Positions 17,362-26,435 of a DNA stretch of 48,033 bases are shown here, one piece after another. The notes under the pieces are model-generated. The model was not told the DNA's origin. It saw only the letters and a program-made list of their open reading frames with translations, and made no database searches. The DNA is taken from the IMG/VR virus record IMGVR_UViG_3300020042_006956, positions 1 through 48,033 of that record; one strand, given 5' to 3'. The stretch is from a virus. Lineage: Duplodnaviria > Caudoviricetes. The position numbers and the translations under genes were made by a program. Numbering within the stretch: position 1 is the stretch's first letter; each line of letters starts with the position of its first letter.

Positions 17362-19889
17362 CCAAAGAAACTCTCCAAACTAAATTTCTTTTCTGCTTCC
17401 CATTTCATACAATCAAGAACAACTTTAACTGGTTCAAGAAAAGATTTTTGAAATTGTAATTCATAATCAATATATTCTTGCATTTCAAATTCTTTTGGTA
17501 ATCTATTAGGAAAAGATATCACCGTATCTTTTAGAGGATTAGGTGACTTTAACCAAACGAATTTAACTTTCTCACCATTTTGAATCAAAGGATACTTCTT
17601 ACTAAGATTCTTTTGTTTGAGATACATGTTATATATGATAGCACCCTTAACATGAATAGGTGTACCTTTCTTATACAATGATACAGAATCAGCATACTCA
17701 TTCAAGCCGTTAAGACCTCGTGGAAAAGATATATCTTCTACGGGTAATGTTTTAAATTCTTCACGGAAGTTTAAAATAAACTCTTGCACATCTTCTTCAG
17801 TGCCACTCATCATCAATTGAATAACTTCTTTCATCTTTACACGAACAGCAGATGGTGTCGATGATTTGACCATCTCTAAGCCCATGACTTTCATCTTAGG
17901 TTCGTTATACTGAACACCTTCATTGTTATAAACATTTAGAATGTAACGTTTCTTTGCAGTCCAGATACCTTTATCTGCAAGAGCCTCACGTTTCATTTGC
18001 ATTTTTTGTTGATAACCGTGAACATAATCAGAAAGTTCTTGATAACTATCATCAATATAAGGTTGTATTTTATCTTCACAGATTTTATCCATGAAGGAGA
18101 TAACTTTCTGAGCATTCGATGTCTCTTTAAAGACAGAATGAACCAGTGGACCAAGGTTGAGATAAATCGAATCTGTATCTGAGGCAATAACATAATCTTT
18201 TTCCGTCTTTAAAACTTTGTTCATATAATTATTCAATTTATTCTCAATCCAACGAATAGATAATTGACCAGCTTGTGTAACAGCTAGTGCCATACGCAAA
18301 TCATAGAAACGAAAATACTGTGAACCCATTGCACCATATGCAGAGTTCAACGAAACTTTTTTGGCTAATTGAAGATTATTATATCTAGCAATCAATTTTA
18401 CTAGGTCTTTCTTCCGACGGGAATCTGTTTCATTTTCATAGTCTTGCTGTGATTTCAGCATCAAATTCTTAAACTTTTTACGATCTTGATACATCTCTTC
18501 CATCATGGTAGGAAGAAAGCCTTGTTTATTAGTTCTAAAGAATTGTCCGTTAGGAGTTATTGTAGCACCTTTCAAGTTATCAGTATCAAGTTTTTTATGC
18601 AAAAGCTTTTCTACAGATACACCATCTTGCAAAATGTTTATCATATCTTGAGTGTAATCATCATACTCAATTAATGTTTCGGGAGAAATATTATACTGAA
18701 TAATCAAATGTGGATATAGGCTATTCAAGTCGAATGATGCAACCCAATCATGCTTACCAACTTGTGGTTCTTTGACATATGCACCTTCAAATGCAGCATC
18801 TTTCCTCTGTACTTCTCTAGGAGGAATAATAATATTTTTAGCCAACAGATTATTATAGATCAATGCATCCCACATACGTGTTTGTGCAAACACATCTTCA
18901 AAGTTTGTTTTGGTGTCATAAGCCAAAGTCAGTGCAAGCTCGATAAGCTTTAGTTTATCTTCAAGCTTTAGAATCAAATCAACGTCTTTAATATTATAGT
19001 CAATAAACTTTTGATAGTTCAATCTATAGAGTTGATTCAGATTGTCATACTCATCATATGATATTTTGCTTTCACCAAGTTCAACATTAGCAATAGCATC
19101 AAGTCGATACGATTCTTGTGAGTTACCACCAGGTGCATACCAACGATATAGTTCTAGATAATCGATTGATGAAACGCCAACAATATCATGAACAGTTTGC
19201 TTTTTGCCTTTGAAGGTAGCTTCACGTTGATAGATCATATTCCATGGTGATAATTTTTTTGTTTCTTCTTCACCAAGAAGTCTATTGAATCTATTAACCA
19301 GATAAGGAATATCAAAGAATTTTGTGTTCCAACCAGTTACGATATCGGGTTGATCTTTTGACCAGTCATCCAAAAATCTTTTACACAGATCGTGTTCATC
19401 ACGACATTGTATGTACTTTACTTTCTCATTATCATTTTTATACTCACCACAACCATATACAGTTATCCCACCACCTAGTCTACGAATAGCTATAGCTGTG
19501 ATTGGTTCTGAAGCATGTTCAGGAAGAGGAAATCCATTCTCTGAACCAACCTCAATGTCAATGATTGCAATATACAGATCAGATATATCCCATTCTACTA
19601 AACCTTTCTGGGTATCTGCAATATAAGCATATTCATAACGAGTGTTACCAAAGATTTTAAAATTAGAAACATCCTCATACTTCTTAACAAAGTCTCGTGT
19701 CTCTTTGATACCATCAAAATGAATTGGCTCTAGATTATGACCATCTAGAGTTTTCCATTCTGTATTTTTCTTCGAGGCCAAATATAAAGTCGGAGTGTAA
19801 GGAATCTTCTCCTTTACTCTCCGACCTTTACTTATACCACGAGCAAGAATATGATTATTGTAAACTGCAACGTGAGTATAATAATTCAT
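17358..19889 (-). CDS. 43: Family B DNA polymerase gp43
   Basis: Exo DIEV and FDIPY; Pol SFDLNSLYP, KVSLNSAYG, SDTDS, KKRY. Confidence 0.97.
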   Translation of the reverse strand: MNYYTHVAVYNNHILARGISKGRRVKEKIPYTPTLYLASKKNTEWKTLDGHNLEPIHFDGIKETRDFVKKYEDVSNFKIFGNTRYEYAYIADTQKGLVEWDISDLYIAIIDIEVGSENGFPLPEHASEPITAIAIRRLGGGITVYGCGEYKNDNEKVKYIQCRDEHDLCKRFLDDWSKDQPDIVTGWNTKFFDIPYLVNRFNRLLGEEETKKLSPWNMIYQREATFKGKKQTVHDIVGVSSIDYLELYRWYAPGGNSQESYRLDAIANVELGESKISYDEYDNLNQLYRLNYQKFIDYNIKDVDLILKLEDKLKLIELALTLAYDTKTNFEDVFAQTRMWDALIYNNLLAKNIIIPPREVQRKDAAFEGAYVKEPQVGKHDWVASFDLNSLYPHLIIQYNISPETLIEYDDYTQDMINILQDGVSVEKLLHKKLDTDNLKGATITPNGQFFRTNKQGFLPTMMEEMYQDRKKFKNLMLKSQQDYENETDSRRKKDLVKLIARYNNLQLAKKVSLNSAYGAMGSQYFRFYDLRMALAVTQAGQLSIRWIENKLNNYMNKVLKTEKDYVIASDTDSIYLNLGPLVHSVFKETSNAQKVISFMDKICEDKIQPYIDDSYQELSDYVHGYQQKMQMKREALADKGIWTAKKRYILNVYNNEGVQYNEPKMKVMGLEMVKSSTPSAVRVKMKEVIQLMMSGTEEDVQEFILNFREEFKTLPVEDISFPRGLNGLNEYADSVSLYKKGTPIHVKGAIIYNMYLKQKNLSKKYPLIQNGEKVKFVWLKSPNPLKDTVISFPNRLPKEFEMQEYIDYELQFQKSFLEPVKVVLDCMKWEAEKKFSLESFFG

Positions 19890-20203
19890 TATAGCTGAAA
19901 GCCCTTAGGTGCAAGTTGAATACCCGAACCAAACGTTTGATTGTATTGATTCAGTAATTCAAGAACTGGTGTACTAATAACAAGAACTTCTTCAGCAGGT
20001 ATCTCAATACCTGTAGAAAATTCTTCACAGAACATTAAATAAGGAGCAAATGCAATTCCGCCAGGATCATTTTGACTACGAGGAGGAACTGTCATTACTT
20101 GTACAGGTTGTTTAATTTTAATTTTACCTGTCAGAGATGGTGTCTCATCAACATCACCCATAATAGTTTGATGTGTTTTAAATGTTATTAACTTAATAGT
20201 CAT
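19889..20203 (-). CDS. Hypothetical protein (Sm-like beta pattern), upstream of gp43
   Basis: Overlaps the gp43 start; IKLITFKT...IMGDV and LLNQYNQTFGSGI. Confidence 0.6.
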   Translation of the reverse strand: MTIKLITFKTHQTIMGDVDETPSLTGKIKIKQPVQVMTVPPRSQNDPGGIAFAPYLMFCEEFSTGIEIPAEEVLVISTPVLELLNQYNQTFGSGIQLAPKGFQL

Positions 20204-20424
20204 GCTGTCACTTTCATATCAGATTCAAGAACATCTAGTGTAACCCATTTTTTAGGAAATAGCATCTCCCGACCACGAAAATTTGCCATATCATAATTAG
20301 GATCATCCACTAGGCCGATTAACTCCACTTTATTATCAAACTCACGAAGGAACAGATCATATCTATAGGCTTTATATTTCTTTTCACCAAGTTGTTTGGC
20401 AAGTTTGATTACATTGTCAACCAT
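20200..20424 (-). CDS. Hypothetical protein
   Basis: GAGGA SD; ATGA overlap with the next gene. Confidence 0.6.
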   Translation of the reverse strand: MVDNVIKLAKQLGEKKYKAYRYDLFLREFDNKVELIGLVDDPNYDMANFRGREMLFPKKWVTLDVLESDMKVTA

Positions 20425-20476
20425 AGTATTTCCTCAAAAATATTAAAAATCAAAAACAACTCATAACAACAATACA

Positions 20477-20505
20477 AGTATAACTTAATTAAGTAAAAAG
20501 TGCAA
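20477..20505 (-). promoter_or_regulatory. Sigma70-like promoter TTGCAC-N17-TATACT driving the gp43 unit
   Basis: Read directly in the intergenic region; 17-nt spacer. Confidence 0.6.
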
Positions 20506-20509
20506 GGAA

Positions 20510-20905
20510 CTATTTTGTTTTATCCGCTAATTGTTTATAGCCTTGATAAGATGGATGTATTTTATCCGATTGAAGATTCGTAATTTCTATTACGGTATCA
20601 TTGTGTTCGTTTGCTATTTCACGAACAATTTTTTGAATGTGTGGTTTGATTGCGGGTAGAATCCAAAAGACACGGCTGCCTTTTACTTTGGCTCGTGTCT
20701 TTTGTAATTCCTCACGTGTTTTCATATGCTTTAGATCGTTTGATCCTAATGATATAATTACCGTTTGTGCAGTAAGATCATTCATCAGATAGTCATGATT
20801 CCACTGAGAAGTGTTCCAACCACTCTTGGCATAGGCAACACATTCTTTACGAAAATGATGTGTGCCTACACCAATACTATCACCGATAATTAAACATTCT
20901 AGCAT
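20510..20905 (-). CDS. SGNH/GDSL hydrolase (minimal esterase)
   Basis: IIGDSIG block I, SG block II, SLGSND block III, DKIHP block V. Confidence 0.8.
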   Translation of the reverse strand: MLECLIIGDSIGVGTHHFRKECVAYAKSGWNTSQWNHDYLMNDLTAQTVIISLGSNDLKHMKTREELQKTRAKVKGSRVFWILPAIKPHIQKIVREIANEHNDTVIEITNLQSDKIHPSYQGYKQLADKTK

Positions 20906-21525
20906 TATAACACTTTTAGATTATTTTCGTAATGGGATTTACGTTCAGCTAAACCAATAGTACCACCATTGATTACTCTAGTTGCTCTGTCCATATCCCT
21001 TGTATCTGAGATAGCATTTAGATTGTTTTTCTTCCAGAACCAGCAAGCACTTTCAACAGCACCTTCTAGTGTGTCTAGATATTCAATGGTTTCATTTAGA
21101 TTTTTACCTACAACTCTAGAGAATGCGGTATAGTTATCTTTACCCGTCAACTGAATTGCACCACGACCACGATACTTCCAACCATCACCAGAAGCTTCAG
21201 GACCATTACCCATACGGTCTCCATAAACTTTATTGGCAATTTTTTCTGGATTACGTTCATATGGTTTAGCGGCCTCTTCAGAGATAAAACGTTTGGGCCA
21301 CGTTGCATTCAGACCTTTAGCTGAGTAGTTTAAATTTTCTTTAAGCTTGGTGAAGTCTACACTCTCATGACCACATTGTGCTAAGAATGCAGCAACACGA
21401 TCTTTAGTATTGATATCATATTTGGGTAATAGTTTTTCCAAAACTACAAAAAGTTCATCACAATTTTTATTGTTAGTTAAACATTTTTTTAGTTTATCTG
21501 CCGTAAATTCAAAATTAAATGACAT
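20905..21525 (-). CDS. Glycoside hydrolase family 19 endolysin
   Basis: FLAQCGHES, ENLNYS, YRGRGAIQLTGKDNY, SACWFW, TRVINGG. Confidence 0.92.
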   Translation of the reverse strand: MSFNFEFTADKLKKCLTNNKNCDELFVVLEKLLPKYDINTKDRVAAFLAQCGHESVDFTKLKENLNYSAKGLNATWPKRFISEEAAKPYERNPEKIANKVYGDRMGNGPEASGDGWKYRGRGAIQLTGKDNYTAFSRVVGKNLNETIEYLDTLEGAVESACWFWKKNNLNAISDTRDMDRATRVINGGTIGLAERKSHYENNLKVL

Positions 21526-21539
21526 CTCTGTCTCCTAAA

Positions 21540-22034
21540 TTACACATGATGTACATTTACTCCACATTTGTTTAAAAAATTAACTCCATCGTCACTACGA
21601 TATTTATTTTTGTAGTACACGTTTGTTATCCCTGATTGATGTATTAACTTAGCACAATCTAAGCAAGGCGCATGTGTTACAAACAATGCAGCATCTTTAC
21701 TTGAATTTGTAGATTGAGAAACTTTTGCTATAGCATTAGTCTCAGCATGAAGCACTTCTGGTCTGCTTTTTGTTTTCGTCCAACCTTGAGCAGTTTCAAC
21801 ATAACCTAATTGTATTAAAGATTCTACTCTATAGTGATTATCTATGTCATCATGCTCAATAAAAAATACATCTTCACATTGATTATCCCAACCTGATGGC
21901 ATACCATTGTAACCGATACCAATAACAGTATTATCTTTTACAATGACACAACCAACTTTTAATCTAGTGGCACTTGAAAGATCAGCGTAAACTTCTGCTG
22001 CTTTCATATGTGCATGAATGAATTTATCTTTCAT
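21540..22034 (-). CDS. cd: dCMP deaminase
   Basis: VGCVIV, GYNG, HAETNA, PCLDC zinc motifs. Confidence 0.92.
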   Translation of the reverse strand: MKDKFIHAHMKAAEVYADLSSATRLKVGCVIVKDNTVIGIGYNGMPSGWDNQCEDVFFIEHDDIDNHYRVESLIQLGYVETAQGWTKTKSRPEVLHAETNAIAKVSQSTNSSKDAALFVTHAPCLDCAKLIHQSGITNVYYKNKYRSDDGVNFLNKCGVNVHHV

Positions 22035-22192
22035 TCTGCATCATGCTTTTTCTTGCCTTCTTTCCAATCAATCTTTGGAGTAAGAAGTGCTTTAATAATT
22101 TCTTCTTTATATAAAGCTTTTCTACCATCAGACATGGTAGCTAATGTTCGTTTTACTTGCTTAGGCATTTTAAAAGAATCAGTTTTTTTCAT
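22031..22192 (-). CDS. Small basic hypothetical protein (53 aa)
   Basis: Below the ORF-track cutoff: MKKTDSFKMPKQVKRTLATMSDGRKALYKEEIIKALLTPKIDWKEGKKKHDAE; AAGGTGA SD; ATGA overlap with the dCMP deaminase start. Confidence 0.65.
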   Translation of the reverse strand: MKKTDSFKMPKQVKRTLATMSDGRKALYKEEIIKALLTPKIDWKEGKKKHDAE

Positions 22193-22209
22193 AATCATAT
22201 CACCTTTGT

Positions 22210-22238
22210 TTAAACAGAATGGGGCAAAAGCCCCATCC
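22210..22238 (-). terminator. Hairpin after hsp20, probable intrinsic terminator
   Basis: GGATGGGGC-TTTT-GCCCCATTC followed by TGTTT, immediately after the hsp20 stop. Confidence 0.6.
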
Positions 22239-22239
22239 T

Positions 22240-22716
22240 TTATGCAGCCACTTTTTCTTCTTGTAGAAGTTGTGGTTTGAAGTTTTTAAGTTCTTTACCA
22301 ATTTCAATCTTACGTGGCTTTTTACTTTCTGGAATAATATTTTCCAAACCAATACGTAAGATACCATCATTAAATTCGGCACCATGAACTACAATCGTCT
22401 CAGCAATTGTAATTTCTTTGGTAAAAGAACGAGTACCAATTCCACGATGTAAATATGTAATATTAGGCTTCTCAGATTTTTCACCTTTGATTGTCAAAGT
22501 GTTTTCTTGAACCTGAATATCAATCTCATCTTTACTAAACCCAGCTACGGCAAGTTCTACCACATACTTATTCTCATCAGCTTTGATGATGTTATGTGGA
22601 GGAAACGAAGTAATTGGTTTATCAGAATTGATAATTGTTTCAACATCACGAATAAAATTTTCAAAACCCAAAGTATGATGTAACATCATTGGGCCAAGGC
22701 GACCAGTAATAGTCAT
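22240..22716 (-). CDS. hsp20: Small heat shock protein (Hsp20/IbpA-like)
   Basis: FPPHNII, ELAVAGF, YLHRGIGTRSF, DGILRI, PRKIEI; start MTITGR at 22716 after AGGAG. Confidence 0.93.
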   Translation of the reverse strand: MTITGRLGPMMLHHTLGFENFIRDVETIINSDKPITSFPPHNIIKADENKYVVELAVAGFSKDEIDIQVQENTLTIKGEKSEKPNITYLHRGIGTRSFTKEITIAETIVVHGAEFNDGILRIGLENIIPESKKPRKIEIGKELKNFKPQLLQEEKVAA

Positions 22717-22770
22717 AGTTTTTCTCCTATTAAGCAAGTTTAAAATTTACGTGACCCCGAAGGCATCACG
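22714..22770 (-). promoter_or_regulatory. ROSE-like RNA thermometer in the hsp20 5' leader
   Basis: CUUGCU-UAAU-AGGAG can sequester the SD with a bulged G (22724-22738); upstream C(UUCG)G hairpin CGUGAUGCC-UUCG-GGGUCACG (22750-22770). Confidence 0.65.
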
Positions 22771-22954
22771 ACTTTCTAGTAACCTCAAATGCAGTTCGGT
22801 TAACTAGATAAGTTCTATTGGGATTTGTTTCGTGAAATACACGAATAAATTCATTCGCACCCTCACGAATCACGTCCTCATAATTCCGTGTGTACACTTC
22901 TTCTTTGGTGTACTTGTTTATCAGTTTTACTGGTTTTATTTTCACTTGTGTCAT
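22766..22954 (-). CDS. Hypothetical protein
   Basis: Fills the regA-hsp20 gap on the coding strand. Confidence 0.6.
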   Translation of the reverse strand: MTQVKIKPVKLINKYTKEEVYTRNYEDVIREGANEFIRVFHETNPNRTYLVNRTAFEVTRKS

Positions 22955-22968
22955 TATAAGTTACCATA

Positions 22969-23373
22969 TTAATAGTCTATCTTTTTCTTACCTATATTAT
23001 ATTTAGCAATTAACTCCCAATCATCTTTTTCTTTAAAGGATATAATCTTTATTTGATGAATAGGCGCAATATTATCTTCCATAATCTTAGGATTGATAAT
23101 AGTTAATAGGCCCCACTCTTCCAATAAAACGGCAATTGCATTACGTCTTTGTATATCATTCTCAGAAATATTTGATGGCTTTCCATCTAAAGCAAAAAGT
23201 TCTTTGAAATGTACTAGATAATATCTACCCTGCTTATGCAAGATATGACAAGACTGATACAATACTTTTTCTTTCCTAGATGAAACCCCGATTCGAGTTA
23301 ATGTCTCTCGTACCTTTAAAAAATCGTCTTGCTCGTTGAGTTCGACCTCAACAAACTTTGATAAATCAACCAT
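22969..23373 (-). CDS. regA: Translational repressor RegA
   Basis: DDFLKVRETLTRIG, LYQSCHILHKQGRYY.VHFKE, LLEEWGL; start MVDLSKF. Confidence 0.95.
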   Translation of the reverse strand: MVDLSKFVEVELNEQDDFLKVRETLTRIGVSSRKEKVLYQSCHILHKQGRYYLVHFKELFALDGKPSNISENDIQRRNAIAVLLEEWGLLTIINPKIMEDNIAPIHQIKIISFKEKDDWELIAKYNIGKKKIDY

Positions 23374-23374
23374 A

Positions 23375-23758
23375 TCATTTTCCCAATCCACCTGTGACGG
23401 TTTGTTCTTTTATTTGTTGGATTTGTTCGGTGCTCAGTAGTCGCAAAGCTTCACGTGCTTTGCTATCTGAAAATTGATAGACTTGCTTTAAACATTCTAT
23501 ATCTTCACTTTTTTCAGATTTAGCCCACTTCACACGAGGTCGTTTTTTTGACCTAACTGTATTTAGTAAAAAGTCATTTTGCAGTTTTTTATCGATAAAA
23601 TGCCTTCGATTCATCTCACTAGCAAAAGCTATACAGTCATAATGATAAGATAGTGCTCGATTTACCATAAAAGGAACATACTCTTTTTCGGTAATATTGT
23701 CTACAATTAGATTCTTCTTTCCTTGCAGAATCTCGTTTACATAGTCAAAAGGTGTCAT
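23375..23758 (-). CDS. 62: Clamp loader small subunit gp62
   Basis: PFDYVNEI, YVPFMVNRALS, FLLNTVRSKKR...WAK; position before regA. Confidence 0.88.
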   Translation of the reverse strand: MTPFDYVNEILQGKKNLIVDNITEKEYVPFMVNRALSYHYDCIAFASEMNRRHFIDKKLQNDFLLNTVRSKKRPRVKWAKSEKSEDIECLKQVYQFSDSKAREALRLLSTEQIQQIKEQTVTGGLGK

Positions 23759-23759
23759 A

Positions 23760-24215
23760 TTAATATTTAGAAACCGTGTATTTTTTAAGTTGTTCGATAT
23801 GTTGATCTGTCAATTTTTCGACAGGTTCTAAAGCATCCTGCTCTATATCTATCAACACCATAGTTCGACCATCTTTAGTTTTTCTCGTTCTTGTTTTGAA
23901 TTGTTGGGGATCAGCTTTGAATATCCATCCTTCCCATTTAAAAGATTTAGAGGGAGCAGGAACACAAACAAAATATAAGTAATCAACACTTCGACATTTA
24001 GGTAATTGATTTTCTTTAATTGTAAATGCTCTTTCCATAATAAATGGAACTTGAGTTTTCACTTCAACAGTTTTACCATCAGCAATTAAGTCTTTATATC
24101 TATCATAAGGATCAATTGACTCCTCTACAGTTAGGCCTTGTTTGCTCAAATGGTTTACGATAATCTTTTCACCCATACGACCAAGTGCATCCATTTTTTG
24201 AGTGTGATCCATCAT
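23760..24215 (-). CDS. Small PD-(D/E)XK-like nuclease-fold protein inserted between gp44 and gp62
   Basis: LGRMGEKII...YKDLIADGKTVEVKTQ (E...D...EVK). Confidence 0.55.
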   Translation of the reverse strand: MMDHTQKMDALGRMGEKIIVNHLSKQGLTVEESIDPYDRYKDLIADGKTVEVKTQVPFIMERAFTIKENQLPKCRSVDYLYFVCVPAPSKSFKWEGWIFKADPQQFKTRTRKTKDGRTMVLIDIEQDALEPVEKLTDQHIEQLKKYTVSKY

Positions 24216-25141
24216 TTGAAATCTCCACTTGCCATGATCTCAGTCAGACACGCAACCATATTGATCTCTTGATCAGCAACGAATGCTTGTTTGTATTGAT
24301 AGTCAGCAAGAATCAAAACGATTTGTGGAATGCTTTGTGGTTTTAGATTATCATACAAGCCATCATATATCTTACGGAATAAAGTTGTCGCATCAATCTC
24401 ACAGGTTGCAACCCATTTACGAACAGAAGCAAAATCTTTTTGTTTTAAAAATTTAATTACTTCGTTTATTGATACGTCACCAATCTGTGTAAGAATACCA
24501 ACATCAATTTTACCCATCTGTGAGTAACGTTGAAGTTCATTTAATACACGACGGAAGTCGGGAAAATGTTTCTTGATAACTTCAGCTACTACCTTAGCAT
24601 CAGAATCTACATTCTCATCTTTAAGAATTTGACTTACTCGTTTGAAGAAAAGAGATGCCATTTCAATCTTTTCTTCAGACCTTAAATTAAAATCAATAAC
24701 AGCACAACGAGAATGAAGTGCTTCCATTATCTTTGATTTGTAATTACACGTAAAGATGAATGAACAATTAGTTTCAAATTCTTCTATTGCATTACGGAGA
24801 ATAGCTTGTGCATTAGGAGTTAGGTAATCAGCCTCATCGATGATGATAACTTTACGCCCACCTGCAAATGACATTGAAGATGCATAGTTCTTTATCTTGT
24901 ATCGAATGGTATCGACACCATTCTCATCAGAACCATTCAGCACCATGTAATCGCAACCCACTTCTATACACATGGCTTTGGCCACGGTTGTCTTTCCAAC
25001 ACCCGGGCCGCCAGTCAATAGAAGATTTGGTATTGCTTTTTTGTTGACGTATTCCTGAAACGGAATTTTCATTCGTTCGGGAAGAATGCACGAATCTACT
25101 GTTTGTGGACGATACTTCTCTGTCCAAAGAAGATGTTCCAT
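24212..25141 (-). CDS. 44: Clamp loader large subunit gp44
   Basis: WTEKYRP, GPGVGKTT, IIDEAD, SRC, FPDFRR. Confidence 0.95.
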   Translation of the reverse strand: MEHLLWTEKYRPQTVDSCILPERMKIPFQEYVNKKAIPNLLLTGGPGVGKTTVAKAMCIEVGCDYMVLNGSDENGVDTIRYKIKNYASSMSFAGGRKVIIIDEADYLTPNAQAILRNAIEEFETNCSFIFTCNYKSKIMEALHSRCAVIDFNLRSEEKIEMASLFFKRVSQILKDENVDSDAKVVAEVIKKHFPDFRRVLNELQRYSQMGKIDVGILTQIGDVSINEVIKFLKQKDFASVRKWVATCEIDATTLFRKIYDGLYDNLKPQSIPQIVLILADYQYKQAFVADQEINMVACLTEIMASGDFK

Positions 25142-25177
25142 TGTAACCTTTCACATAAATCATAATAAAATATTATA

Positions 25178-25375
25178 TCAAACTTCATTCAAACGTGCAA
25201 CAGCTTCCATATATGCATCAGTCACTAGATAAGTTAAACCTGTAACGGTATAGATAGTAGTTACTGAACCCTCTAAGCTTGGTGTTTCAAAACATGATAC
25301 GACATGTGATGGATTAATAGCTATCGATTTACCTTCGTAGCCATTAGTTGCATTAGTAAAATATTTAAGTGCCAT
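25178..25375 (-). CDS. Hypothetical protein, weak FlbD-like pattern
   Basis: IAINPSHVVSCFE...TTIYTVTG..YLV...MEAVARLN. Confidence 0.5.
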   Translation of the reverse strand: MALKYFTNATNGYEGKSIAINPSHVVSCFETPSLEGSVTTIYTVTGLTYLVTDAYMEAVARLNEV

Positions 25376-26058
25376 TATTTTGCCTTATTAAATTTAGAGC
25401 CTGCTTCAGTTGTAATCCAATACTGAAGTTCGACTGCTTGATTTTTAAAATGAGCAACACCTTTTGATGAAATTTTTACATCGTAAGAGCCAGCAATCAT
25501 TTTCATATTTTCTGTTTTAAAGATCATACGGTATGCATCACCATTTCCATCTGTAATTTCGAGTGAATCAGAGTGAGCAGAATCGTTCTGTAAGTCTAAT
25601 GTAGTAACGAATACTTTTTTACCATCCGACTCAACTGCAATTTGTGGGGAAGATAAAACGTTAGCAGCACGTAGAATCCAGTCAAGATCATCAGCACCTA
25701 ACGTAAAGTTAATCTCAGGATCAGGCATTGCAATATTTTTCTCTGGTGGGATCGTAATCATCGTTGGAGCACAGAAACGATATTTGATTTTGCTGCGACC
25801 TTTATAGCCAGAGATTAAAACATTATCTTTCTCGAATTCAAAAGAAGGTTCATCTTTGTGCAAAGATATAACTGAAAGAAAATTGTTCAAATCATAGATA
25901 CCAAAGTCAGTTGGCATCTCTTCATCTACGGTTGCTTGCGCCATAATATTTTTATGGGGGGAAACTGTTCGAATCACTTTACCTTTTTTGAAAAGAATAC
26001 CTTGATTAATCGAGGCAAAGTTTTTCAAAAGATTGATTGTATCACTTGTTAATTTCAT
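25375..26058 (-). CDS. 45: Sliding clamp gp45
   Basis: MKLTSDTINLLKNFASINQGI, FGIYDLNNFL, YDVKISSKG. Confidence 0.95.
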   Translation of the reverse strand: MKLTSDTINLLKNFASINQGILFKKGKVIRTVSPHKNIMAQATVDEEMPTDFGIYDLNNFLSVISLHKDEPSFEFEKDNVLISGYKGRSKIKYRFCAPTMITIPPEKNIAMPDPEINFTLGADDLDWILRAANVLSSPQIAVESDGKKVFVTTLDLQNDSAHSDSLEITDGNGDAYRMIFKTENMKMIAGSYDVKISSKGVAHFKNQAVELQYWITTEAGSKFNKAK

Positions 26059-26435
26059 TTAGAAACCTCATTATTTAATTGTTCACTAACAGAATATAGT
26101 ATATCATGTTCATACAAAAACATCAAGCAGCAAAGTGCATGTGCTAGATGATTTCTGCCCGACTCTGGATCAATTTGTTCACCTTCTTTCCATGCCCATA
26201 TATGTCTTTCTGCTGCATCGAAATATCGATTCATCGAATCAGGAACATGTTTCCAATTATCTGGTTCATATTTTTCAGCACCGAATGTCAATACATCAAC
26301 AATAGCCTTAAGTGCTAATGGTGGTAAAAGACCATAACGTAATTTACCACCATCAAACTTACGACCACCAATTGTTGCAGTTTGAGATGCCTCGATAGCT
26401 TCTTTAATAGCATCTATAACAGCATCTCGACTCAT
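26055..26435 (-). CDS. dATP/dGTP diphosphohydrolase-domain protein (DUF5664)
   Basis: GRKFDGGKLRYGLLP, FGAEKY..DNW, RH, DPESGRNHLAHA. Confidence 0.85.
   Translation of the reverse strand: MSRDAVIDAIKEAIEASQTATIGGRKFDGGKLRYGLLPPLALKAIVDVLTFGAEKYEPDNWKHVPDSMNRYFDAAERHIWAWKEGEQIDPESGRNHLAHALCCLMFLYEHDILYSVSEQLNNEVSK

Noticed and set aside
21601-21608. AATAAATA as a late promoter for the endolysin
   Set aside because: It lies inside the dCMP deaminase coding sequence in AT-rich DNA, so chance occurrence is too likely.
26055-26435. Z-genome (2-aminoadenine) or 7-deazaguanine system
   Set aside because: No purZ, datZ, queC/D/E, folE or dpdA in the window; the domain alone is not diagnostic.
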